Positions 39,420 to 49,551 are shown, counted from the stretch's first letter. The stretch is DNA of 64,000 bases from Desulfobacterales bacterium (GCA_963674755.2 CAXXVS010000003.1:1248001-1312000), one strand, 5' to 3'. Numbers and translations: made by a program. The notes: generated from the letters alone by a model not told the origin.

Positions 39420-39535
39420 GGTTATATTGTAAAATTTGCTCTATGCGTTTACATCGGCCTGCGTCTTGTTCTCGGAGACGATCTCATCCATGGCAAAGCC
39501 CCCAAGAATGGATACGACTTCTTCATTTCGTCAAT

Positions 39536-40711
39536 TCAGTCGCTTGGTTTTGTTCCAAGCGACTCCTCAATGACCTTTTCAGGGATGCTTCCGGGGTAGG
39601 TTTGATCGCCTATCACGTAGGTCGGTGTTCCCCTCAATTTTAATTCATGGCCGGCGGCAATGTCTTTGAGGACCGCCGATTTGGCGTCCTCACTAGCCAT
39701 GCAGGCGCGCAGCGCTTCAGGATCTATGCCGATGGCCTCGGCCAGTTCTTCGGCAGTAACCGGATTTTTACGGCGGCCATTCGCATACAGATAGTCGTTG
39801 GCCTCCCAAAAACGCTTTTGTTCGCCGGCACAGTGGGCCATGACCGCATAGACGAACGAATACCGATGGCGCTTCAAAGGATAGTTCCGGTGGACAAGTC
39901 GGATTTGGTCCGGATGCCGGCTGACCAGCGCTCTGACCTTGTGGTGACCCCGGCTGCAATAGGGGCACTGGTAGTCACTGAACTCGGTGATCTCGAGAAC
40001 CGGTTGGCGGGCGCCGATCCAGTCAAACCCCTCGGCTGTTTTGCCAACCAGCAACCCTCCGGGACCGGTCGTGATGTTGGCCTCCCAGTAAGCGGGTAGG
40101 GTGACCCACACGATTCCCAACAGCGCCATAAAGCTCGCAAGATATAAAGAAGCCGTCAGCCTTTTGCCGGAAACGGCCTTGGTGTCCATACCAAATGCCT
40201 TAAACGGCCCGCATTTCAAGCGGCGCAGATCGAGGATCGTAAGGCCCAATAGCAGGCCGTTGATGACGTAGGTGGCCATGCACAGGAGGCACAGGGAGTG
40301 GATCTCCCGGTGGGAAATGAAAAACAGGACCGCGCTTACAAGAACGGAAACAAGGCTCAGCCAGAACAAAAACCCAAGGGGCCAGGTATGGGGCGGCTGT
40401 TTCCGGCGGGCAAGCCCCCACAGGCACAGGCCGCCCATGAACAGATAGCCGACGATACCCCACAGGGCCACGGGAAGGCCGGCAATAACCGCGTAGGGGC
40501 TTAGCGCAACCGTTTCGCAATTGAATTGCTCGTTCACGGCGCAAAGGGCGTGATAGGCGGGGTCGGTGTAGACCTTCACATGCAGCCGCAGCAGTTCGGC
40601 ACTGAAGCAGGCGCCTAGGACACAGAGCACCAAGAAAAGGATGCGCCACACAGGAAGCGGCCCGGATGTATCGGTAGAATGTCGGTTGGCGCTTAGCGGA
40701 TGAGGTGTCAT
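39536..40711 (-). CDS. VKOR - DsbA/thioredoxin fusion (disulfide bond formation); start may be 40729
   Basis: VKOR CAVNEQFNCETVALSPY..GLPVA and CLLC; DsbA EFSDYQCPYC and GTPT. Confidence 0.88.
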   Translation of the reverse strand: MTPHPLSANRHSTDTSGPLPVWRILFLVLCVLGACFSAELLRLHVKVYTDPAYHALCAVNEQFNCETVALSPYAVIAGLPVALWGIVGYLFMGGLCLWGLARRKQPPHTWPLGFLFWLSLVSVLVSAVLFFISHREIHSLCLLCMATYVINGLLLGLTILDLRRLKCGPFKAFGMDTKAVSGKRLTASLYLASFMALLGIVWVTLPAYWEANITTGPGGLLVGKTAEGFDWIGARQPVLEITEFSDYQCPYCSRGHHKVRALVSRHPDQIRLVHRNYPLKRHRYSFVYAVMAHCAGEQKRFWEANDYLYANGRRKNPVTAEELAEAIGIDPEALRACMASEDAKSAVLKDIAAGHELKLRGTPTYVIGDQTYPGSIPEKVIEESLGTKPSD

Positions 40712-40863
40712 GGAATAATTTTCCTGCATCGACTTTTGACGGGATGATAAAAGGAAAGGGGGAGGATGTCCAGCCGGAAAACTTGTCGGTGATGGGGTCC
40801 CAATACAAAAGGCGGAGATCAAGCGCTCCGCCTTTTGTTTCAGATCCGGTTATCGGATGCAAA

Positions 40864-43632
40864 TTATCGCTTTTTCCCGCCCTTTTCCCCGGTGAATAGG
40901 GGGAATTCCCGCGGAGTGAAATCGTCGAAGATCTCTTTCATGCTGAGGAAATTGTCATCGAAGATGGGCACACCGTATTCCAATGTAATGTTACCGGATT
41001 CACCTAGCGGAAACATGCTTTCGATGCGGATCGGTCCCTTACGACCGAACTCAACCACATGCGCGTAAGTTGAACGGGAAGCGAAGGGCGTGGTCCACTC
41101 AATAGGTGTCGCATTAATTTTTTCTAGATATGTATTCAGCAGGTCGTGCCTGTACTCGATGTTTCCACGAGGCACGTCGATGGGGATCGATCCCCCATAG
41201 GTAGCCATGACATTTTCAAAGGCCCTTATGACAATGGCTTCCAGAGTTTGGGGTGCGTTTTGGTTGCTGTTGCTGAACCAGTTGTAGGTGGTTTTAATGC
41301 CGTCGTCATCTTCATTCATGGCATGCAGGATCACATTGAAAAGCAATGTGTTGTTGCACGCCAGATATCCTCCCTCTCCGTCTCCCAACTCGTCATCGAA
41401 TGTCAGGTGGATGATTTCCTTTAGCCAGTCGTTCATCAGGACCCAACCCTGGGCGCGGGTGTCTCCATTGACCCAGTTGCCTTCCACGAAATGTCCATCA
41501 TCATTATTCCACTTTTCAAGGATTTCTAAAACTCCTGGGAAATCTTCATCGAGCTTGTCATCTTTGGCATATTGAATGAACTTATTCGCCACAAAGGCCC
41601 AGGGGTTGCCCCCGCCGTTAAAAGAATCTGTTGCGGCGATGTTGAGGGCCAGGTCTCGGATGTCCTCGAAGGTCAGGTCGTTGTTAGTGGTCAAATAATT
41701 ATAGATTACGTGGGCTCGTTGGAAGGGGCCGTAGATGTCGTTGTTGCTGTTAAAAGCATTAAAATAGGTGGGACTGGTCTTGTTGTTCCAGCCGGCGAAA
41801 AAGTCCCTTTTAGGATTTCGGGCGTGGGAGCGGGGCACGAGTTCATTGTCCACCCAATCTGTCACAGGCTCACCTTCAGTTGCATCCTGGGGTAGGAAAA
41901 AGAGGTAGCGCATCTTTGGGTCGTCCATCCCTTTACGCGCGGGATCACGGCCGGACATCCAGTAAGCGATATTGCCGTCCCGGTCGGCGTAGCAGAAATG
42001 CTGGCTGACGGCGATCTCTTCGATGGCCGTGCCGAAATCATTCATGCTTTCGGCACGGGCAAGGCCCAGGAAAGCTTTGACGACATTGAACTCATATCCC
42101 CAATGAGCATAGCGCCAGGAGATGAACGGATCAGTTTTTATGACCGGGCCATATTCTGTTCGGAATACGTTAAAAGTTTTCTTATCCATTTGGTAGGTTT
42201 TGAGGTTGATAACTTTTATTGTCTCTTCCCTGCCCTCATCTAGCGAGCCTCCTACAGTGTAGTCGGTGGTGTGTGCGTGGCCTACTTGCATAGACCAGGC
42301 ATGATGGGGGGTGCGCCCGATAATAATGCCCGGGATGCCGGGCACCGTCATGCCGGATATGTTCAGCCCGGCGGCTCGGATGGAACCCTCGCAGACGATG
42401 GAAGGCACTGAGAAACCCATCTGGGGGCCTGAGTAGATGATGGGGTTGCCCGAAGCGGTCTTCTTGCCGGACACCACCCAAGCGTAGCTTCCCATCTTGA
42501 CCTTGGCGTTGATCTTCTTTAGGTTTTCTTTGATTTTATCTATGCGTTTCGCAAACTCATTGCAGGCTTTTCCAAGCCCAGGGACAATCTTTGGGACTAT
42601 GTCTGTATCATCGGCATTTTCTATCGCTTCTTTGGTATCAACAATATAGGTCTGTGCTTCTGGATCGTTAGACCAGCGGAGATCTTTGAACATGGCCATA
42701 GCCTGATAGACGTCTTCGTCTGAAAAAGCGGTTAGATGCTCCAGCAAAGCGGCATTTTTCAGCTGAGCTTGGTCCAGAGCTTCGGGATCGAATTCGCGCT
42801 GGAGCAAGGCGCACCAAGCCAGGATATCCTCAACGGTCCACTCTGTCAGAACAGATTCCAGGGGTAGCTCCGATAATTGAAGAAATTCAAATTCGAATGG
42901 GAGAATGGTTGTATCTTCATAAATTTGCCATATTCGCCGGTTGATGCCGGCCGCATAACCCGCAATGATAGCCTTGCTTTCGTCATCCAAATCGGCAAAG
43001 CCTGCGCTCAGTTCATCATCGGAATAGCCTATGGTCCGCATGAAGACATCGCTTTTGAGCTGGCTCTCGCCGAAAATTTCCGCCAGCCGTCCCCGGGCCG
43101 TACGGCGGTAAAGCTCCATCTGCCAGAGGCGGTCGGTGGCGATGGCATAACCCATGGCCTCGAACGTATTGTATAGGCTGCTGTTGACCTCGAAGGTGCA
43201 GGCCGCCACGTCCACACGCTTTTTAGCACCGCGGACCTTGGCCCGCAGCCGGTTGAAGCGGGCTTTCTTGGAGCGGTATTTGTGCCTGCGGCCCTCGATG
43301 AACCACACGCCCTTGTCGTCCCGGCTGGTTTCGATGGTTTCAGAATAGGAGCGCACACCGTCGTCGGGGTCGATCACGGCCGTCATGGTGCTGCCCGTCA
43401 ATGTGAAGCGGTCGGTAATCTCTTTGCTGTTGAGCCAGGCCCGAAAGGTGGACGGATCGGCACCGTTTTTCAATTCCACTACGACCTCGACGGTATCCTG
43501 CAGGCAGGTCTGGCGTTTGGTCGGGGATTGGATGGTCAGTAGCTGGTGTTGCTTGGCCTCGGTCGTGGCGGTTTGGCCTGGCATGACCAACATGATCACG
43601 GCCAGTGCGGTGATCAGAAATCGTTTGTGCAT
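40864..43632 (-). CDS. Secreted penicillin acylase family (Ntn-hydrolase) protein with N-terminal accessory domain
   Basis: Signal peptide; GYAIATDRLWQM; autocleavage site G|SYAWVVSGKKTASG; YADRDGNIAY; GWNNK. Confidence 0.85.
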   Translation of the reverse strand: MHKRFLITALAVIMLVMPGQTATTEAKQHQLLTIQSPTKRQTCLQDTVEVVVELKNGADPSTFRAWLNSKEITDRFTLTGSTMTAVIDPDDGVRSYSETIETSRDDKGVWFIEGRRHKYRSKKARFNRLRAKVRGAKKRVDVAACTFEVNSSLYNTFEAMGYAIATDRLWQMELYRRTARGRLAEIFGESQLKSDVFMRTIGYSDDELSAGFADLDDESKAIIAGYAAGINRRIWQIYEDTTILPFEFEFLQLSELPLESVLTEWTVEDILAWCALLQREFDPEALDQAQLKNAALLEHLTAFSDEDVYQAMAMFKDLRWSNDPEAQTYIVDTKEAIENADDTDIVPKIVPGLGKACNEFAKRIDKIKENLKKINAKVKMGSYAWVVSGKKTASGNPIIYSGPQMGFSVPSIVCEGSIRAAGLNISGMTVPGIPGIIIGRTPHHAWSMQVGHAHTTDYTVGGSLDEGREETIKVINLKTYQMDKKTFNVFRTEYGPVIKTDPFISWRYAHWGYEFNVVKAFLGLARAESMNDFGTAIEEIAVSQHFCYADRDGNIAYWMSGRDPARKGMDDPKMRYLFFLPQDATEGEPVTDWVDNELVPRSHARNPKRDFFAGWNNKTSPTYFNAFNSNNDIYGPFQRAHVIYNYLTTNNDLTFEDIRDLALNIAATDSFNGGGNPWAFVANKFIQYAKDDKLDEDFPGVLEILEKWNNDDGHFVEGNWVNGDTRAQGWVLMNDWLKEIIHLTFDDELGDGEGGYLACNNTLLFNVILHAMNEDDDGIKTTYNWFSNSNQNAPQTLEAIVIRAFENVMATYGGSIPIDVPRGNIEYRHDLLNTYLEKINATPIEWTTPFASRSTYAHVVEFGRKGPIRIESMFPLGESGNITLEYGVPIFDDNFLSMKEIFDDFTPREFPLFTGEKGGKKR

Positions 43633-44283
43633 GGTGTCCTCCTTTCGCGGGCAATCGATGTGTGGATTAACAGCGGGTTGATGGTTGCTTGAAAAAGATC
43701 GTGGTTGTCACGGGAAGGTCGTCTCCGGGATAAAGTCGGTCGGCGGTGGAAGGTGGAAACGCGACGGGCGACGGCGGGAGAGGTTTTGTCAAACCACAGC
43801 GCAAACCTGTCCGCATGGCCTGTTCAGGAGGTACCCCACCATCACTATGACTTTGTGCCTATACCTTGTGACGCGAGCTGCTTTCCCGATTGGGCCCCTG
43901 CGGCCCACCAGGTGGTTCCGGGAAGAGAGGGGTCCGGGAAACACCGTCACGGGAGGATCATGCATTTTATCTTTTGATGAATGAAAGGAAAACGAATGAA
44001 TGAGAATCACTCGCTGAAATCTATCTTTAAAGGAAACCGCCTGCGCGCGTCAACCCAAAATTTGCATCCGATAATCGTCCGGGAATACGCCTACGATCAG
44101 CCCTCGCGTAAGAACTAGGTGGTATTGGAAATCCTCAAAAATACAAAAACGTATTTCAATGATTTTTTTTCAACATAATTGTATTTATACGATTGTATTT
44201 TCTATTCCTGCATCTGGCGATAAAATCATAAATTAAGTTTAATATCAAATAGTTAAAAAATTTCTGGGGGTTTTCGGGCTGGA

Positions 44284-44299
44284 TGGCACGTCCCTTGCC
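44284..44299 (+). promoter_or_regulatory. sigma54 promoter of amtB
   Basis: TGGCAC-GTCCC-TTGCC; upstream AT-rich region with palindrome AAATAC-N6-GTATTT (~44139-44156). Confidence 0.75.
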
Positions 44300-44413
44300 A
44301 GTATGTCACTACCAAAAAACAAGCATGTCTCGGCCATCGCCGCAGAACGAGCAGGTCGGACTCAAAAATGATGATCAACCCTATAACCTGATGGAATGAG
44401 TGAGGAACAGATC

Positions 44414-45814
44414 ATGAAACGAATTTTGACAATGCTGATTTTTCTTCTATCTGTCGCATCGGTCTGCTGGGCGGGCGACGAGGTGCCGACGACCCTGTCG
44501 AACAAGGCCGCCATCGATCTCGTGCAGGTGCACGCCAACTTCCTGTGGACGCTGGTGGCCGCGGCCCTGGTCTTTTTCATGCAGGCCGGATTTGCCATGG
44601 TAGAGACCGGTTTTACCCGGGCCAAGAACGCCGTCAATATCATGATGAAAAACCTGATGGACTTTTCCATCGGCTCCATTGCTTTTTGGGCTATCGGTTT
44701 CGGCCTCATGTTCGGGGCCACCACCACCGGCTGGTTCGGGACGACGGGCTTTTTCCTGAGCGACTTCACGGGCGAAGGCACCGAATGGATCCTGGCGTTC
44801 TGGATGTTTCAAGTGGTGTTTTGTGCGACAGCCGCCACCATCGTCTCCGGCGCCATGGCCGAACGCACCAAATTTGTCGGGTATCTGTGCTACAGCGTGG
44901 TCCTGAGCGCCATTATCTATCCGATTTTCGGCAGTTGGGCCTGGGGCAGCCTGCTAAACGGCGATGGCTGGCTGGAAGGCCTGGGTTTCATCGATTTCGC
45001 CGGCTCCACCGTGGTGCATTCGGTAGGCGGCTGGGCCGCCCTGGCCGGCGCCATGGTATTGGGACCCCGCATCGGCAAATACACCAAAGACGGCAAGATC
45101 CGTCCGATCCTAGGCCACAACATGCCCCTGGCCGCTTTGGGGGTGTTCATTCTCTGGCTGGGCTGGTTCGGGTTCAATCCCGGTTCCACCACCACGGCGG
45201 ACAAGAGCATCGCCATGATCTTTGTGAACACCAACCTGGCGGCGGCGGCCGGCGCGATTCTGGCGATGGTCATCTCGTGGATGAAGTTCGGCAAGCCGGA
45301 AGTGGGCATGAGCCTCAACGGCGCTCTGGCGGGCCTGGTGGGCATCACGGCCGGCTGCGCCAATGTGACCCCCGGCAGTGCGATCATCATCGGGTCGGTG
45401 GCCGGTGTTATCGTGGTCTACTCGGTGGTGTTTTTTGACAAGATCAAGATCGACGACCCGGTGGGTGCCATTTCGGTGCATGGGGTCTGTGGTGCCTGGG
45501 GCACCCTGGGTGCCGGGATCTTCGATATGGCCGGTTTCTCCCTGAAGACGATCGGGGTGCAGCTGGTGGGCATCGGGGCCTGCTTCCTGTGGGTCTTCCC
45601 GCTGGCCTTCCTGATGTTCAAGCTGATCGACCTGACCATCGGCCTGCGCGTATCGCCTGAAGAAGAACTGGAAGGGCTCGATTGGGCCGAGCACGGCGGG
45701 ACCGCCTACCCGGACTTCGAGGTTTCCAGCTACACGACCAGCCCCGGAATTTCCGGCGGTCCCGGCGGTCCCAAACGCGCCCCGGTCGGCAAGCCGGTGC
45801 CGGAAATGAGTTAG
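44414..45814 (+). CDS. amtB: Ammonium transporter
   Basis: FMQAGFAMVE, DFAGSTVVH, LWLGWFGFN, DDPVGAISVHG; N-terminal signal peptide. Confidence 0.95.
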   Translation: MKRILTMLIFLLSVASVCWAGDEVPTTLSNKAAIDLVQVHANFLWTLVAAALVFFMQAGFAMVETGFTRAKNAVNIMMKNLMDFSIGSIAFWAIGFGLMFGATTTGWFGTTGFFLSDFTGEGTEWILAFWMFQVVFCATAATIVSGAMAERTKFVGYLCYSVVLSAIIYPIFGSWAWGSLLNGDGWLEGLGFIDFAGSTVVHSVGGWAALAGAMVLGPRIGKYTKDGKIRPILGHNMPLAALGVFILWLGWFGFNPGSTTTADKSIAMIFVNTNLAAAAGAILAMVISWMKFGKPEVGMSLNGALAGLVGITAGCANVTPGSAIIIGSVAGVIVVYSVVFFDKIKIDDPVGAISVHGVCGAWGTLGAGIFDMAGFSLKTIGVQLVGIGACFLWVFPLAFLMFKLIDLTIGLRVSPEEELEGLDWAEHGGTAYPDFEVSSYTTSPGISGGPGGPKRAPVGKPVPEMS

Positions 45815-46180
45815 TACCTTAGTACGTCTAATGGATGACGCTCGCCAGCGTCTACGATGTCATGGCCGGCCGAAGCTCCTTGAACCCTCTCCCTCAACGG
45901 GGCTTCAGCCGGCTGACAACCAGCAGGAAGAGGTTGGTCTCCCAAATCGGTACCGGATACGGAGGTGCTCCGGCCGGCTGCTGGAACACCTGCCCGGATG
46001 CCGAGCCATAGTGTCCGCTAAATGGTCTGTTCCTCCCTACCGCCCAACCTCTTCCTGCCCCTCATTCGCGCGGCCCGGCGCATTTTTCAGCCACCCGTTG
46101 CCGCCCCCTTCTTCCCCCGGATGTCCCAACGGATTTCCCTGTCGGAAGATCCGCATCCGCCCGGCCGGGCCAAAGAGACG

Positions 46181-47191
46181 TCACGCATCGAAGTCGATGT
46201 CCGGATAATGTTTTGCGGCGCATTCCGGACAGAGGCCGTGACTGATATCGGCCTGGGAATGACTGCGAATATAGACATCCACAGGCTCCCAACGCCCGGT
46301 GTCGTCCCTGATTTTTTTGCAGAAGGAACACACCGGCAATATGCCCCGCAAGGTATTGATTTCCGCGAGCGCCTCCCTGAGTTCGGTGATAAGCTGTTCG
46401 CGCTCCCTTTCCGCCTGCTTGCGCAGCGTGATGTCCCGACAAATACAGAAAATGAGCTTCTGGCCCCTGTAAAACGTTGCACTGGTGCTGATCGCGACTT
46501 CGTAGAAGGTGCCGTCTTTACGCTTGTGTAAGGTTTCGAAATGATCGCCGGTCCCGTCGATTGATCGGATCATTTCCAGCAGCGTCTCCCTGGGATAGTT
46601 GCTGTCCCAATCCCAGACGGAAAGCGCCCGAATTTCCTCCATGGTATAGCCCAACATGGCCGCGTATTGCCGATTGGCCTCATAAACCTTGCCCTTTTGA
46701 TCGATGACCACAATGCCGTCCCGGGATTGTTCCACCAGCATGCGCCGTTGGGCTATTTCATCCTTCAACAGCGCCTCGGAACGTTTCTGCTCGGTAATAT
46801 CGCTAATGAAGCCTTCGATAAGAGGGATGTCGTCGGGCTTATGGCCGAAAATGGCCTGGCCTTTTTCCAGGACCCATTTTTCTGTGCCATCAGCGGTTAT
46901 TATACGATATTCGATTTGAAAGGAGCGCTTGGCGCCAACGGCATCGGCGACGGTATCGTATACCATCGGCCGATCTTCCGGATGGATAAGTGAAGCGTAG
47001 GTAGCGCAGGCATTGTGCATCAGGTCCTGGGGACGATGGCCGGTCACCGCATGGCAGCCCGCACTGACGAATTCCATCGTCCAATCGCGGTCCATTTGGC
47101 AGCGATAGGCCATGCCGGGTACATGGTGCAGCAGTGCGGCCAATTGCCGTCGGCATTCGCGCAGGGCTTTTCGATGAGTATCAGATTCCAT
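46181..47191 (-). CDS. Tandem PAS domain protein with C-terminal Cys-rich putative Zn-binding domain
   Basis: IHPEDR PAS/PAC; GILPVCSFCKKIRD...SHGLCPEC. Confidence 0.8.
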   Translation of the reverse strand: MESDTHRKALRECRRQLAALLHHVPGMAYRCQMDRDWTMEFVSAGCHAVTGHRPQDLMHNACATYASLIHPEDRPMVYDTVADAVGAKRSFQIEYRIITADGTEKWVLEKGQAIFGHKPDDIPLIEGFISDITEQKRSEALLKDEIAQRRMLVEQSRDGIVVIDQKGKVYEANRQYAAMLGYTMEEIRALSVWDWDSNYPRETLLEMIRSIDGTGDHFETLHKRKDGTFYEVAISTSATFYRGQKLIFCICRDITLRKQAEREREQLITELREALAEINTLRGILPVCSFCKKIRDDTGRWEPVDVYIRSHSQADISHGLCPECAAKHYPDIDFDA

Positions 47192-47438
47192 GCCAAAATG
47201 TCTCGTTTATTAAAGGGATCGGTTCCTGCCATACCATATCGGACGGATGGCCTGGCCACTAAAGACAATTTTGTTCGCATTAAGTCTAATACGCGTGCGC
47301 GGGGTGTGGAAGATATGGGGGGGAACGAAAGGCTTGCAGGTCACAATGATCCGGACCACGCTGCATTGACCCCACGTGGTTCCAACGCATTTTAGAGCCT
47401 GCACAATGGTTGCGGATCATGGCCTATTTTTCAAACCG

Positions 47439-47476
47439 CAAGCACCCGGAGGGGCCTTCAGCCCCTCGGGTGCTTG
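47439..47476 (-). terminator. Hairpin at end of hdr-met operon
   Basis: CAAGCACCCG-G-AGGGGC-CTTCA-GCCCCT-CGGGTGCTTG. Confidence 0.65.
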
Positions 47477-47503
47477 AAGCAGGTGGTCGCCGACCGGAAG
47501 GCT

Positions 47504-48613
47504 TCAGGCGGACTGACCTTTCACCAGTTGGTCATGCATTTGTCGGGAGTGGGTTTTCTTGCGGTCCGAAGCCTCCCTGATGGTCTTGAAGATGGCGGCC
47601 GGTTTGTTCTCGACCCCATCGAAGTCGTACAATTCGATGGTTTTGTCCCGAGCGTCGGCCATGATGGCACGACCCACGGGCGAACGGGTGATGACGGTGG
47701 TCCAGCCTTCCTCGGCGCCCAGTCCGCCAAAGGAGATATCCGCGTATTCGGCGGAATAGTCCGGGCAGTAATGGCAGGCATAGCGCTTCATGAACTCCAG
47801 CTTGTCCAGCGGAATCAATTTCTTCCCGCCCGTATTGAGCTTGATGATCAGGTGGCTGCGCAGGTTGACTTTGACCACATCCTCCCACTTAAACCCGCCG
47901 ATGGTCTCCAACTCTTCCTTTTCCTTGGCATCGAAAAGGAAATTGCCTGAACAGAAGAGGCCCAGGGTGTAGCGGATCGAATCCGAGGGCACGATGCCCA
48001 GGGCTTCGATTTTGCGCAGGGCCTTGATCTGGCAGGGCGTACCCACCAGGGCCACCCGGCGCAGCCCCCGTTGCACCATGGGCCGGAACTCCTGCACGGT
48101 GGGGGCATAGGTGGAGTAGTCATGCCCGAAATGCTTCATGCCGTGGGAGCTGTCCAGGTAAAAGCCGGCGGCATCGATGATTTCCTGGCGGGACGTGGCC
48201 AGCAAGGGATCGCGCTCGAACGGCCCGGTTTGGCGGGTGACGATGGCCCCGTCGATGTGGCCCCGGTCGAACAGGTGCACCAACAGGGCGGTCACCACGC
48301 CGCCGTCGGTGGCCTTCTGCCGGATGGCGGGATCCTTGGCCCGGGCTACGGTGGTGTCCAGGACATGTCCCATGGGGGGTTCCCAGCCGGCGACCTTTTT
48401 GGTTTCCTCCTGGAGTTCGTCGATTTCAGGGCAGATGCTGTAGCACAGCCCGCACTCGATGCATTTGTCACGGTCGGCAAAGCGCGGCACGCCTTCTTCG
48501 CTCAATTCCAGGGCCCCGTAGTTGATGGAGGTGCAGAAGGTGACGCAGCCGCCGCAATGGTGGCAAAGCCCGGGTTCCTGGACTTCCTTGATCAGGTTTT
48601 CAAAGGTCTTCAT
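47504..48613 (-). CDS. FrhB/FdhB family (F420 hydrogenase/dehydrogenase beta-like) Fe-S flavoprotein
   Basis: CHHCGGCVTFC and CIECGLCYSICP; DGGVVTAL; VGTPCQ; GLFC; ACHYCPD..ADISFG. Confidence 0.85.
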   Translation of the reverse strand: MKTFENLIKEVQEPGLCHHCGGCVTFCTSINYGALELSEEGVPRFADRDKCIECGLCYSICPEIDELQEETKKVAGWEPPMGHVLDTTVARAKDPAIRQKATDGGVVTALLVHLFDRGHIDGAIVTRQTGPFERDPLLATSRQEIIDAAGFYLDSSHGMKHFGHDYSTYAPTVQEFRPMVQRGLRRVALVGTPCQIKALRKIEALGIVPSDSIRYTLGLFCSGNFLFDAKEKEELETIGGFKWEDVVKVNLRSHLIIKLNTGGKKLIPLDKLEFMKRYACHYCPDYSAEYADISFGGLGAEEGWTTVITRSPVGRAIMADARDKTIELYDFDGVENKPAAIFKTIREASDRKKTHSRQMHDQLVKGQSA

Positions 48614-48621
48614 GTCGCCTC

Positions 48622-49551
48622 CTACACTTCAGGCCTGGGGTAAAGACCGGCGGCTTCGACGATGCCCGGGACTTTCTCTTCCCATTCGATGGCCATGATG
48701 TGGAATCCCCGGACGCCTTCACATTCCTTTAGGCGCTGGATGGATTCGATGCACATTTTGATGCCCTCGTCGGCCTGCTTGTCCTTGGGGGTGTCCGCCA
48801 GGCGTTTGACCACCTCATCCGGCACATCCATGCCCGGTACGCGGTTTTTCATGTAGCGCGCCATGCCGGCCGATTTCATGGGTGTCAGCCCGGCCATGAT
48901 GGCACACTTTTCATGCAGGCCGCGATCCACGACGCCCTTCATCCATTCCTCGAACTTGTCGAGGTTGTAAATGCACTGGGTCTGGATGAATTGGGCCCCG
49001 GCCTTGACTTTCTTGGCCAGGCGGGCGACGCGGATTTCAAAGGGATCGGCAAAGGGGTTGGCGGCCGCGCCCACGAACATCTGGGGCGGACGTTTGATAT
49101 CGTCGCCCCCCAGGAATTTGCCCTGGTCGCACATGAGGCGCACGGTTTGCAGCAGCTGCATGGAGTCCAGGTCATGCACGTTCTGCCCTTGGCTGCTGTC
49201 CCCGAAACTCTGATGGTCGCCCGACAGGCATAAAATGTTGTTGATATCCCAGGAGGCCGCCCCCAGAATGTCGCTTTGCAGGGCGATGCGGTTGCGGTCG
49301 CGGGTCACCATCTGCAGCACCGGCTCCAGCCCCAGGGTCTTCAAGCGGATGCAGACCGCGAGCGAACAGGTGCGACAGACCGAGGTCTGATTGTCGGTGA
49401 TATTGATGGCGTCCACGTAATCCTTGATCATTTCGGCCTTTTCAACGATGGCCGTGGGATCGCTGCCGCGGGGAGGACCGCATTCGGACGTTACGGCGAA
49501 GTGACCCGCAGCCAGGACTTTTTCCAGTTTGCTCGGTGTTTTAGCTGTCAT
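48622..49551 (-). CDS. metF: Methylenetetrahydrofolate reductase
   Basis: TSECGPP, NITDN, RDRNRIALQSD, LSGDH, KKVKAGAQFIQTQ. Confidence 0.92.
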   Translation of the reverse strand: MTAKTPSKLEKVLAAGHFAVTSECGPPRGSDPTAIVEKAEMIKDYVDAINITDNQTSVCRTCSLAVCIRLKTLGLEPVLQMVTRDRNRIALQSDILGAASWDINNILCLSGDHQSFGDSSQGQNVHDLDSMQLLQTVRLMCDQGKFLGGDDIKRPPQMFVGAAANPFADPFEIRVARLAKKVKAGAQFIQTQCIYNLDKFEEWMKGVVDRGLHEKCAIMAGLTPMKSAGMARYMKNRVPGMDVPDEVVKRLADTPKDKQADEGIKMCIESIQRLKECEGVRGFHIMAIEWEEKVPGIVEAAGLYPRPEV

